A DNA stretch of 48,220 bases from a virus. Position 1 is the first letter of the stretch; the number at the start of each line of letters is the position of its first letter. The stretch spans positions 1 to 48,220 of the IMG/VR virus record IMGVR_UViG_3300009285_000016, one strand, 5' to 3'. Shown one piece after another: positions 14,713 through 22,305 of this stretch. The notes beneath the pieces were generated by a model, which was not told the origin of the DNA, did not search any database, and saw only the letters and a program-made list of their open reading frames with translations. Both the position numbers and the translations under genes were made by a program.

Positions 14713-15359
14713 CAGATTATTCTGACGTACAGTATGACGAAGGAATGGCAGAGGAGCTTGGTAAGTTTCCCTTACTTAAAGCCGGAATCATGCGCTTTGT
14801 GGTAAAGAAAGCTACTGCTGGGGACGGACTAGGGATTCTCGGTAAGCGCTGCGTAGGTGGGAACGAACAGTACATGAATGACCTTATGGTCGGGCTTGTC
14901 CTTAGTCCGCTAGATGACGCAGGTCGGGCCAGCGGAGTCACGGTGTCTATTGAGCTTCCTGTACCGATTTATAACCCTAAAGTGCAGGGTCATACCTTGG
15001 GTACAGAGAGGTTGCAGACATGCAACAAGCTGTGCGGTAGGTTTGCCAAGGCAATCTACAAGGACTTTCCTTGGTACGCCCGTTCCAACAAGGAACAGCC
15101 CGGTACCTACACAACGCTGACTGGCGAGACTGTAGATAGGACCAAGAATGAGGAAATTCGCAAGGAGGTTGACCTTGCGATTGGACGTTCAGCAGCTAAG
15201 TGGGTACGTGAGCCCAAGCAGTTGTTGAACGAAACGTTTTACGCAGAAGTTACACATAGTGAAAAAGGCGGCAAAACCTTTGCGAACGTAAACGCCTTTT
15301 CTGTCAGTGCCACGCCGCCAGAGGACAGGGAAGTTGTAAGCAGCAATTTTACTGAGTAA
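14709..15359 (+). CDS. DUF669-like protein (putative ssDNA-binding partner of the Sak4-like ATPase, 216 aa)
   Basis: ATGA-coupled to the ATPase gene. The N-terminal FPLLKAGIMRFVVKKAT resembles the f.piPeG.Y...i..a DUF669 start. The call rests mainly on synteny. Confidence 0.4.
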   Translation: MTDYSDVQYDEGMAEELGKFPLLKAGIMRFVVKKATAGDGLGILGKRCVGGNEQYMNDLMVGLVLSPLDDAGRASGVTVSIELPVPIYNPKVQGHTLGTERLQTCNKLCGRFAKAIYKDFPWYARSNKEQPGTYTTLTGETVDRTKNEEIRKEVDLAIGRSAAKWVREPKQLLNETFYAEVTHSEKGGKTFANVNAFSVSATPPEDREVVSSNFTE

Positions 15360-15369
15360 GTAAGGTTTT

Positions 15370-15741
15370 ATGACGGTGCCGGGCAATGCAAGCGGTAGAT
15401 GGGAAAGGGGTGTCCTCTTACCCCGTTTGCACCCCGGTGTTGTCTTCAAAGAGAGGTTGCTGTGGTTGTTTGTAATTGTGATATTGGGCATCGCCGCCCT
15501 ACACTATCGGGCAGAGGCATCGACACAATTGGAGAAACGTCTCGACGAGTTGATGCAGCTTGTATACCTACAGAAAGAAGTGCTGCTAAGTCAGAAAGAG
15601 ATTGTAAAGACTGCGGAGACGGCTGTAAATGTAGCAGCGCAAGGTAGGTTGGACTGTGCCGAGAGTCTGGAAGCTCTACAGAAACACCAGAACATGATTG
15701 AACACGGACTTGGAATCGACGGTCTTTCACGGAGGCATTAG
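15370..15741 (+). CDS. Membrane-anchored coiled-coil protein (123 aa), i-spanin-like architecture
   Basis: One TM (LLWLFVIVILGIAALHY) followed by a heptad-rich segment QLEKRLDELMQLVYLQKEVLLSQKEIVK. Confidence 0.55.
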   Translation: MTVPGNASGRWERGVLLPRLHPGVVFKERLLWLFVIVILGIAALHYRAEASTQLEKRLDELMQLVYLQKEVLLSQKEIVKTAETAVNVAAQGRLDCAESLEALQKHQNMIEHGLGIDGLSRRH

Positions 15742-15745
15742 CATC

Positions 15746-15916
15746 ATGAGATACGCAACGCTAGCTCTTGGTGTGGTGCTTGCCGGAGCGCTGCTGCTTT
15801 CTCTTTGGGGATGGTACGAAGCTCATGCACGCGTAACGCGTTACGATAAGCTTGTCAATTTCTGTGTGGTGAGTTGGGGCAAAACGCTTGAAGAGAACGA
15901 AAGGTTACGAAAGTGA
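15746..15916 (+). CDS. Small N-terminally anchored membrane protein (56 aa)
   Basis: ATG at 15746 after GGAGG. TM segment ATLALGVVLAGALLLSLWGW. Confidence 0.5.
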   Translation: MRYATLALGVVLAGALLLSLWGWYEAHARVTRYDKLVNFCVVSWGKTLEENERLRK

Positions 15917-16641
15917 AAAGTGGAAGTAGCTCTGAGAACTGTACAGTAATGTACAGCAAAGAGGTTGTCAGAAACACAACGCATGTGTTCGGGGTTGCGA
16001 CGGGAGATAAACCGTGTTGCAAGCCTGCTAAGGGTTCGAGTCCCTTACTTCCACTTTTGTATTTTCTCGTCGGCATGTTTGTGTTACTTGTTTCCTGTGC
16101 TGCGCCGCAAAAAGAAGTTGAAAAACCACAGCTTTTCAACAGCGGTAAACTGATTCTACAACTTTGTGAGGTTCCGGTTGTTTACTTTATTGATTCGTCT
16201 TTGGGCAAAGACGCAACTGCGATTCAAAAAGGCTTTGAAGTCTGGAACGTTATCGCAAGTAGAACCCTCTTTGAATACGGAGGAGAACTTAACTTTGCAG
16301 GAGATTACCCGCCACTTCCATTTATGGCCGTAGAAGCAAATGACCTTACTACAGCTTGTGGACACACTTCGATGTTGTTTTTAGATACGCCTGCAAGTAA
16401 CCGCTGTATTATCAAAGCAAAAATGGTTTTGGGGGCTGATTGCCGTCTGACTCCGACACTAATTACTGCTGTTATTACACATGAAGCGGGGCACCTTTTT
16501 GGTTTTACTGACGTGTACGACCAGGATTATACGGGAGTGATGTATTTTAAGATACGCCCTCCGCTCAACAAGTCGCCAAGCATAGTGGAGCAGAAATACG
16601 TACAGTTTCGTTACGGAAAGACCGAAGCCAGGGCGCCCTAA
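15913..16641 (+). CDS. Putative lipoprotein zinc metalloprotease (matrixin/M10-like HExxGHxxG motif, 242 aa)
   Basis: Motif VITHEAGHLFGFTDVYDQDYTGVMY (HExxHxxGxxD...Met-turn-like VMY). Hydrophobic leader LLPLLYFLVGMFVLLVSC ends in a lipobox-like LVSC (Cys62). The true start is uncertain; the track start is GTG at 15913. Confidence 0.6.
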   Translation: MKSGSSSENCTVMYSKEVVRNTTHVFGVATGDKPCCKPAKGSSPLLPLLYFLVGMFVLLVSCAAPQKEVEKPQLFNSGKLILQLCEVPVVYFIDSSLGKDATAIQKGFEVWNVIASRTLFEYGGELNFAGDYPPLPFMAVEANDLTTACGHTSMLFLDTPASNRCIIKAKMVLGADCRLTPTLITAVITHEAGHLFGFTDVYDQDYTGVMYFKIRPPLNKSPSIVEQKYVQFRYGKTEARAP

Positions 16642-16643
16642 CC

Positions 16644-18992
16644 GTGAGTAAAGCGCCGCACGCTAGGTGTGAAGATTGTCCATTTCGTACAAATGCTGTC
16701 GTCCCACCTAGCACAAATCCCGCCGCAAAGCTTATTGTCATAGGAGAAGCTCCCGATAAATGGGAAGTTAAAAGGCAGCAACCTTTCGTGTGGAAAATGG
16801 GGAATGTTGTCTGGAGGTCGTTGCATAAAGCCGGATTCTCGCGTGATGATTGTCACGTTACCAACGCTGTACTGTGCTTTCCAGACCGACAAGTAACACC
16901 TGCGGAATGGCGCCAAGCTTTGGATTGCTGTAAACCACGCTTGGAAGCAGAACTCTCGGCAGTAAACTGTAACACGATTCTTTCGCAAGGAAGTAAAGCA
17001 CTACAAACTTTGACTGGCCGAGCACAGATTATGAACTGGTGCGGTTCTCCGCAGAGGATAAGCTTCTCGAATCGAGAATACAACCTGCTTCCTAACATAC
17101 ACCCTGCGAACGTAATACGCGGTAAAACGGCGTTGCTTCCTATTAATGCATTTTGGAATCGCCGCGCTGTTCGTATGGCGAAGGGAGAGTTAGAATTTGA
17201 TGCGTGGCAGGACATCTATACTACATACGGTAACGAGATGTTTGCTGCTTTACTACGTATTTGTAGTAGTAATTCTGTAGCGCTCGACGTAGAGACTGCT
17301 GGGTTGGACCCAATGCAGGACCCACTGTTGTGTGTGGGAATTGCAGATGAAACTGAATCGTGCTCCGTTCCTTATCCATTCAATGAAGAAACGCGCCTGC
17401 TTTTTACCCGCGTACTGTGCGCCGAAACTACAGAGAAGATTTTTCATAACGCACAGCATGACCTGCTTTCCCTAGAAGCTGCCGGCTTTAAAGTTCGAGG
17501 AGACATTTTTGATACTATGCTGGCGCACAATGTTGTCGCGCCCCAACTTCCTCATGATTTGGGTTTTGTGGCAGCGACACTTACCACGCTAGAACGCTGG
17601 AAAAGTATCTTTCGTGTAACCGGAGATGCCAAGGGATTAGCTTCGTTTACGTCACGCCCAGCCGAAGAATTGCGCCGCTACAATGCAAAGGATGCAGGGG
17701 CTACTTGGCTTATTGCACAACGTCTTAAAAAACAGGTAATGCAAACGCATTGTGGAGACAGCCTTTTTAAGGAGATTACAAAGCTATCTGCAATTGCCCT
17801 TAATATGAAGCGTATTGGAATGTCCATCAACAGCATCGCGATACAAGAGCACCGCAAAGTTTTACGTGCCCGTAAAGCAAAGAAAATATGCCTGTTCCGC
17901 GCAGAGATATTAGCGCTTACCAACTCAAGGCGCTCCTTTAAACTTGGCAAATCAGGGCAACACCCTAATTTACGAAAATTATTCTTCGACAAGTTGCACT
18001 GCATTCCGTTTAGGTACAGCGAAGAGACACGAGAACCTAAACTAGATGCACTTACTCTTGAGCAGTACTCTGCTGAAGGTACACCTGAGACGCGGCGCCT
18101 CGCTAGACTTACGCTAGACTATCGCAAAGATGCAAAGCTGCTTTCAACCTACATCGAGGGTTTGCCAATTTCAAAAGACGGTTGCGTACATGTATCTTAT
18201 AAGATACACGGACCGATTACGGGAAGGTGGTCAGCTTCGCCTAACATTCAAAATCAGCCTCCTATTATGCGCAACATTTGGTCGGCGCGCCCAGGGAAAT
18301 ATCTAGTGTCGGGAGATTACTCCCAGCTCGAACTGCGCATCTTAGCCTTTTTTTCTGGCGATAGAAACCTACTTAAATGGTTTGCCGAAGGCCGTGATGT
18401 ACACGCAACACTTGCGGAGGCTGTCTTCAAAACTAAACCGACAAAACGTTTACGTGATATCATGAAGCGTATTGAATACGGTTTAATCTATGGCGGACAA
18501 CCCGAAACAATTTGGCGTGTAATTGCTTCTCAATACCCAGAAGTCAGTTTTAGTGAGGTTTTGGACGGCTGCCAGATGCTCAAAGAAATTCTTAGCGATG
18601 CCACGGCTTGGCAAGAAGAACTCCTCAACGCAGCGCGTAAAAACAAGTTTGTGGAGGAACCACTTTCTGGACGTAGAGAGTATTTTTACGAAGGCTTTAT
18701 CGAGCCAACAAAGGTTGTAAACTTTCCGATTCAGGGTGCTGCAGCCAAGATTATGAATGATGCTGTACAACGGCTCCACGCTGCGCTAGACTATACACAA
18801 GAGGCTTTGCTATTGCAGGTTCATGATGAGCTTGGTGCAGAGGGTCCCGATAAACAGGCGCTTATAGTTAAAATAAAAACAGCTATGGAGCACGAAGTTG
18901 TGTTTAATGGAAGACAGACAGTCTTTCCTGTTGACATGAAGGTAAGTAAGTTAGATGGTAACTGGGGCAAAATGGAAGCGGCTATTGACTAG
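16644..18992 (+). CDS. polA: Family-A DNA polymerase with 3'-5' exonuclease and an N-terminal family-4 uracil-DNA-glycosylase-like domain (782 aa)
   Basis: - UDG-like: CEDCPF..., KLIVIGEAPDKWEVKRQQPFVWKMG, HVTNAVLC, IHPANVIRG.
- Exonuclease: ALDVETAGLDP, HNAQHDLLSL, YNAKDAGATW.
- Polymerase: motif A SGDYSQLELRILA, motif B KRIEYGLIYGG, motif C LLQVHDELGAE. Confidence 0.9.
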   Translation: MSKAPHARCEDCPFRTNAVVPPSTNPAAKLIVIGEAPDKWEVKRQQPFVWKMGNVVWRSLHKAGFSRDDCHVTNAVLCFPDRQVTPAEWRQALDCCKPRLEAELSAVNCNTILSQGSKALQTLTGRAQIMNWCGSPQRISFSNREYNLLPNIHPANVIRGKTALLPINAFWNRRAVRMAKGELEFDAWQDIYTTYGNEMFAALLRICSSNSVALDVETAGLDPMQDPLLCVGIADETESCSVPYPFNEETRLLFTRVLCAETTEKIFHNAQHDLLSLEAAGFKVRGDIFDTMLAHNVVAPQLPHDLGFVAATLTTLERWKSIFRVTGDAKGLASFTSRPAEELRRYNAKDAGATWLIAQRLKKQVMQTHCGDSLFKEITKLSAIALNMKRIGMSINSIAIQEHRKVLRARKAKKICLFRAEILALTNSRRSFKLGKSGQHPNLRKLFFDKLHCIPFRYSEETREPKLDALTLEQYSAEGTPETRRLARLTLDYRKDAKLLSTYIEGLPISKDGCVHVSYKIHGPITGRWSASPNIQNQPPIMRNIWSARPGKYLVSGDYSQLELRILAFFSGDRNLLKWFAEGRDVHATLAEAVFKTKPTKRLRDIMKRIEYGLIYGGQPETIWRVIASQYPEVSFSEVLDGCQMLKEILSDATAWQEELLNAARKNKFVEEPLSGRREYFYEGFIEPTKVVNFPIQGAAAKIMNDAVQRLHAALDYTQEALLLQVHDELGAEGPDKQALIVKIKTAMEHEVVFNGRQTVFPVDMKVSKLDGNWGKMEAAID

Positions 18993-19254
18993 CGTCGCAT
19001 TGATTATGTCGTGCACTGCTGCTGCAAACACTAAACCAAAATGTACTGAACCGCCAGTTAGGGTTCTAAAAGATATGCAGAGGCTATCGTGTCACGAACA
19101 AGATGGTGCTACGTGTTGTGGTTATTTACGTAACATAAATGAGGCCCGCGCTTGTGTAGTCGTGCTCTGCAAAAATAGTTGTGAAGAACCGTTTCTTCTG
19201 GAGGATGCAGATTGTTTCGAGAAGCGTGAGGCAACAAAAACCCAATCTTTTTAA
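18955..19254 (+). CDS. Small Cys-rich putative lipoprotein (99 aa)
   Basis: Signal-like MVTGAKWKRLLTSVALIMSC with a lipobox-like IMSC (Cys20). The predicted mature part carries 9 further Cys after the lipobox Cys20. The start overlaps the polA end by 38 nt. Confidence 0.5.
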   Translation: MVTGAKWKRLLTSVALIMSCTAAANTKPKCTEPPVRVLKDMQRLSCHEQDGATCCGYLRNINEARACVVVLCKNSCEEPFLLEDADCFEKREATKTQSF

Positions 19255-19265
19255 CGGAGTTTAAC

Positions 19266-19610
19266 GTGAGCGAAACGACAGTTTTTCTCGGCCCTTTTAA
19301 GCTTTCGGTTAGTATCATCCCGCGTAAAGATGTGTTTGAAGAGCGTGATGGTTGTTTTGGTAGTAAAGGCTGCACAATACAGATTGCCGACGACCTAAAG
19401 GGTGTAGATTTTGTCGCATGTTTACTGCATGAATTTACTCACGCAGTGTTTTATTTTTACGGAATTGACGAACTTCTAGGCGACGAAAAAGAGGAACTAA
19501 TTACGTTCGCGTTGGCAAACGGCTTAACGCAGATGCTCATTCCGTTTCTTGGATTCGCACAGGAAGTTAATCCGTCTGTAGTGCTGGAGTCTACAACGCC
19601 CGCAGCTTAG
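19266..19610 (+). CDS. Small HExxH protein (114 aa), putative metallopeptidase-like (ImmA/IrrE- or SprT-like size class)
   Basis: GTG start after GGAG. Motif ACLLHEFTHAVFYF. It is the last gene of the rightward arm. Confidence 0.45.
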   Translation: MSETTVFLGPFKLSVSIIPRKDVFEERDGCFGSKGCTIQIADDLKGVDFVACLLHEFTHAVFYFYGIDELLGDEKEELITFALANGLTQMLIPFLGFAQEVNPSVVLESTTPAA

Positions 19611-20346
19611 TTCTTTGTGCAGTACTTGAACCTGGCGCCTTGTAAGGCATAACCTCGCGCATCCAACTTCCACAGTTCGCACAACAAATACGACGATATT
19701 TAAAAGCCTCGGTTATCCGCCAACCGTTGCTCTTCAAATCTGCACTCCCACATTTTGGGCAAACAACACCTTGGTTCCAGTGCCCCTGATTTGGGTGCCG
19801 GTCAATCCACGGTAATAGTGCTCTATAAAGCGGTTCCATGAGAGCCGTGTCTTGCTTGTTGTATTCTTCCATGTGCTTTAGTGCGGTTTTATCGCCGTCC
19901 ATACAAAGTCGCCATAACTCAAAACCCTCGTGCTTCATCTTGGCACCAATTTTGAGTAGCGGAGCTACGTGAGCTAGCTTGTTGGAAATAAAGTGTGCTT
20001 TACGCGCCACCACATCTTTTAAATCAATTTCTGGAATGGGAGGCGTGCGGTGCATGCGCTCGACCATGAACTCCCCGTTGAGCCATGGGATGTCAAAATG
20101 GGAGCCAAAGTAATGACACACCGCGTCGGCTTCTGAGAGTAGACGATGCGCCGCCTTAAGCATTCCTTTCCGTCCGTGTTGCCACTCGGAAAAAAACTGT
20201 ATTTGTTTTGCACCTTGCCACTGAGCAGCAAAACATGCAATACGTGGCGGTTTAACGATTTGTTCAACGCCTACGTTTTCCTTAAAAACACCCCAAACAT
20301 AGACCAGCGCCGGAAAGGTTTCGATGTCAAGGAAAAGTAAATTCAT
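19591..20346 (-). CDS. DEDD (DnaQ/RNase H-fold) 3'-5' exonuclease with a C-terminal zinc ribbon (251 aa)
   Basis: LFLDIETFP (DxE), YFGSHFDIPWL, YNKQDTALMEPLY (YxxxD), and C-terminal CPKCGS...CANCGS. Confidence 0.7.
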   Translation of the reverse strand: MNLLFLDIETFPALVYVWGVFKENVGVEQIVKPPRIACFAAQWQGAKQIQFFSEWQHGRKGMLKAAHRLLSEADAVCHYFGSHFDIPWLNGEFMVERMHRTPPIPEIDLKDVVARKAHFISNKLAHVAPLLKIGAKMKHEGFELWRLCMDGDKTALKHMEEYNKQDTALMEPLYRALLPWIDRHPNQGHWNQGVVCPKCGSADLKSNGWRITEAFKYRRICCANCGSWMREVMPYKAPGSSTAQRTKLRAL

Positions 20347-20355
20347 GCGGTTAAG

Positions 20356-20574
20356 TTAATAACCGTTTCCCATGTTGCCAACACGACGTTCCATCATTAC
20401 ATCATTGCTTGTCGGCATCTGCATTCCCATTGGATTCTGACGGTCCTGCATTCTACGTTGCATAAGAAGGCGCAACATAACCTGACGTAGTTGACTTCTA
20501 ATTCCTAAATCCATCCCCATCATACCCTGTTGGGGCATGTCTTGAGGCATCTGTGACAGCATATCTTGAGGCAT
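20356..20574 (-). CDS. Met/Gln/Arg-rich microprotein (72 aa, 16 Met)
   Basis: AGGAA lies 6 nt upstream of the ATG. Sequence MPQDMLSQMPQDMPQQGMMGMD...NPMGMQMP...VMMERRVGNMGNGY. Confidence 0.5.
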   Translation of the reverse strand: MPQDMLSQMPQDMPQQGMMGMDLGIRSQLRQVMLRLLMQRRMQDRQNPMGMQMPTSNDVMMERRVGNMGNGY

Positions 20575-20582
20575 TGCAATTC

Positions 20583-21155
20583 CTATTTTAGCGGCATCGA
20601 GCCACCCGGTTTAAATGGTATAGTTACTTTCGGACCTAAAACTTGTGTGCCCGCTTCGGCAAATTCTGCGGGTAATGCAAGACGCGGTGTACCTAGTTTT
20701 GCACGTAGAATTTCCCACCGCTCTGCTTCAGATAGAAACTTAGCGCCGCCTTTGATACGGTCTACATCATATAGAGAATGCGGGTACACATTTCTCAGTT
20801 GTTCTTGTTCCATAACCATGTCTCCTCCTGATTTGTAGTTTCCTCTCCATCTACGAAATGCCGTAGCTTCAACAGGTTCTGCCCACCCTACGCCTCTTGT
20901 TGGAGCGCTGCCCTTAAGTAGTGGTGCGGCAGCCAGCATGAGATTTGCCACCGCCATAAGCTGTTCACGAGTCTTAGGAGAAGCATCGTAAACACGTAAA
21001 GGCGCAAAGTCTTCGTGGCGCTGCATCTCTGCATTTGCTTCTGGAGTTTGCTGACGCGGATAAAGCTGCATTTGTGCATGCTGTTGCAACGTGTCCATCA
21101 TCATGACTCTGTTGTTGTTATAAGCATCAACAGGATTTTCGTAACTCTTAGACAT
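20583..21155 (-). CDS. Hypothetical protein (190 aa) downstream of the endolysin
   Basis: ATG at 21155 (MSKSYENP) is preceded by AGGAAA and overlaps the amidase stop by 8 nt. The longer track start at 21200 lies inside the amidase gene. Confidence 0.55.
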   Translation of the reverse strand: MSKSYENPVDAYNNNRVMMMDTLQQHAQMQLYPRQQTPEANAEMQRHEDFAPLRVYDASPKTREQLMAVANLMLAAAPLLKGSAPTRGVGWAEPVEATAFRRWRGNYKSGGDMVMEQEQLRNVYPHSLYDVDRIKGGAKFLSEAERWEILRAKLGTPRLALPAEFAEAGTQVLGPKVTIPFKPGGSMPLK

Positions 21156-21642
21156 AGGCCAATGTTTCCTGTGTGATATAACCCTCTGCGGTTTTATCAC
21201 GGAGTTTCTTGAGGTCCAAGCCGGTTCCAGGGCAAATCTTATTCGCTTCCGTTGAGGCCCCCGGCATCTCAGTATGCCCTACGATTTGCAGTCTTCCGTA
21301 AAGCTTAAACAACAATCCACAAATACTCTCAAGCGCGCTTTGCTGCTCCACGGTAGGTTTTTTTGAAAAACGAAAGTCTCCCGTCAAAGCGATTTGAATC
21401 CCACTGTCGTTGTAAAGAAGTGCACCGGGGGCAGCTCTGTTTAAAGGAACACACTGCACAGTTGTACCAGAAGAAAAAATAACAATGTGGTAAGGGAACT
21501 TGCCGCCAGTACCAATAGAAATGTCTTGAAAGAGCACGTTAAGTTCAGCAAGAGATTTCTGCGCTGTGCGGTGAATTACAAGTTTATCTATAGCCGCACG
21601 ACGTAGGCGAATATTGTTACCTATGTCATGCCGCAAATGCAT
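21148..21642 (-). CDS. N-acetylmuramoyl-L-alanine amidase endolysin (Amidase_2/PGRP, T7-lysozyme-like, 164 aa)
   Basis: LVIHRTA (Zn His), FPYHIVI, ALLYNDSGIQIALTGDF, PTVEQQSAL and IVGHTEM...ICPG (Zn His/Cys) follow the Amidase_2 pattern. Confidence 0.8.
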   Translation of the reverse strand: MHLRHDIGNNIRLRRAAIDKLVIHRTAQKSLAELNVLFQDISIGTGGKFPYHIVIFSSGTTVQCVPLNRAAPGALLYNDSGIQIALTGDFRFSKKPTVEQQSALESICGLLFKLYGRLQIVGHTEMPGASTEANKICPGTGLDLKKLRDKTAEGYITQETLAYV

Positions 21643-22050
21643 CTAAAGAAGGCTTTTTCCTGATTTCGGAATGTTGGATTCTACAAGCGTAACAATATAA
21701 CTATCCACGAGCGCGGCATCCATTCCGAGCAGTCTAGCAAGCTCCGCAAGTCCTTTCGGCCCAACGTAGGAGTTAATCTTTATCAAAGCCTCGGCGCGTA
21801 TTTCAGCAGCGTCTTCGGCAGTCAGTCTACCGTCCGCGCTACGCTTCTTTAACCCGTCCACGACAGTCTGTTGCAACTCACGCACGACGCTGCGTACCGT
21901 ATCTTCAAGCCTGTAAATCAAATCACTAAGATATTCCGACTTGGTTTTTCGGTGCAGCTTTTTGATAAGAAAGCCAAGAGCCACCGAAAGCAGCGAGCCT
22001 ACAATAGTCGCAAGTGAAGGTGCCGCAGCACGTAAAAGGTCGTTAAACAT
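21643..22050 (-). CDS. Holin, LL-H-like (superfamily 6) architecture (135 aa)
   Basis: A single N-terminal TM (LATIVGSLLSVALGFLI) is followed by a long helical tail ending in ...AALVDSYIVTLVESNI, as in Holin_LLH. It lies directly upstream of the amidase. Confidence 0.5.
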   Translation of the reverse strand: MFNDLLRAAAPSLATIVGSLLSVALGFLIKKLHRKTKSEYLSDLIYRLEDTVRSVVRELQQTVVDGLKKRSADGRLTAEDAAEIRAEALIKINSYVGPKGLAELARLLGMDAALVDSYIVTLVESNIPKSGKSLL

Positions 22051-22051
22051 T

Positions 22052-22294
22052 TTAGTAATCCTCCTGGTTCAATATACCACAACTTTTGGTGATAAGACAA
22101 TTCTCAATTCTTTCGAGGCGAACGCGTATATCGAGCAGCAACACACGCTGGTCCAATTCTAACTTTTCGTAAATTTCTGAAGCGTGCGTTCTTGTCTCCC
22201 ACGGGGTGAACGCAAAGCCTAGCGTTTCAAAGCCTACTAAAACGCCCAAAACAACGCCTGCTCCGGCAAGAATTTTTAAAGTCGTTTTCCACAC
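22052..22294 (-). CDS. Small membrane protein (80 aa): N-terminal TM plus coiled coil; lysis-cassette member (holin/antiholin or spanin-like)
   Basis: GTG at 22294 lies 8 nt after AGGAG. TM segment ILAGAGVVLGVLVGF. The track start at 22324 would overlap the tail-fibre gene. Confidence 0.5.
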   Translation of the reverse strand: MWKTTLKILAGAGVVLGVLVGFETLGFAFTPWETRTHASEIYEKLELDQRVLLLDIRVRLERIENCLITKSCGILNQEDY

Positions 22295-22305
22295 GTTAGT
22301 AACTC

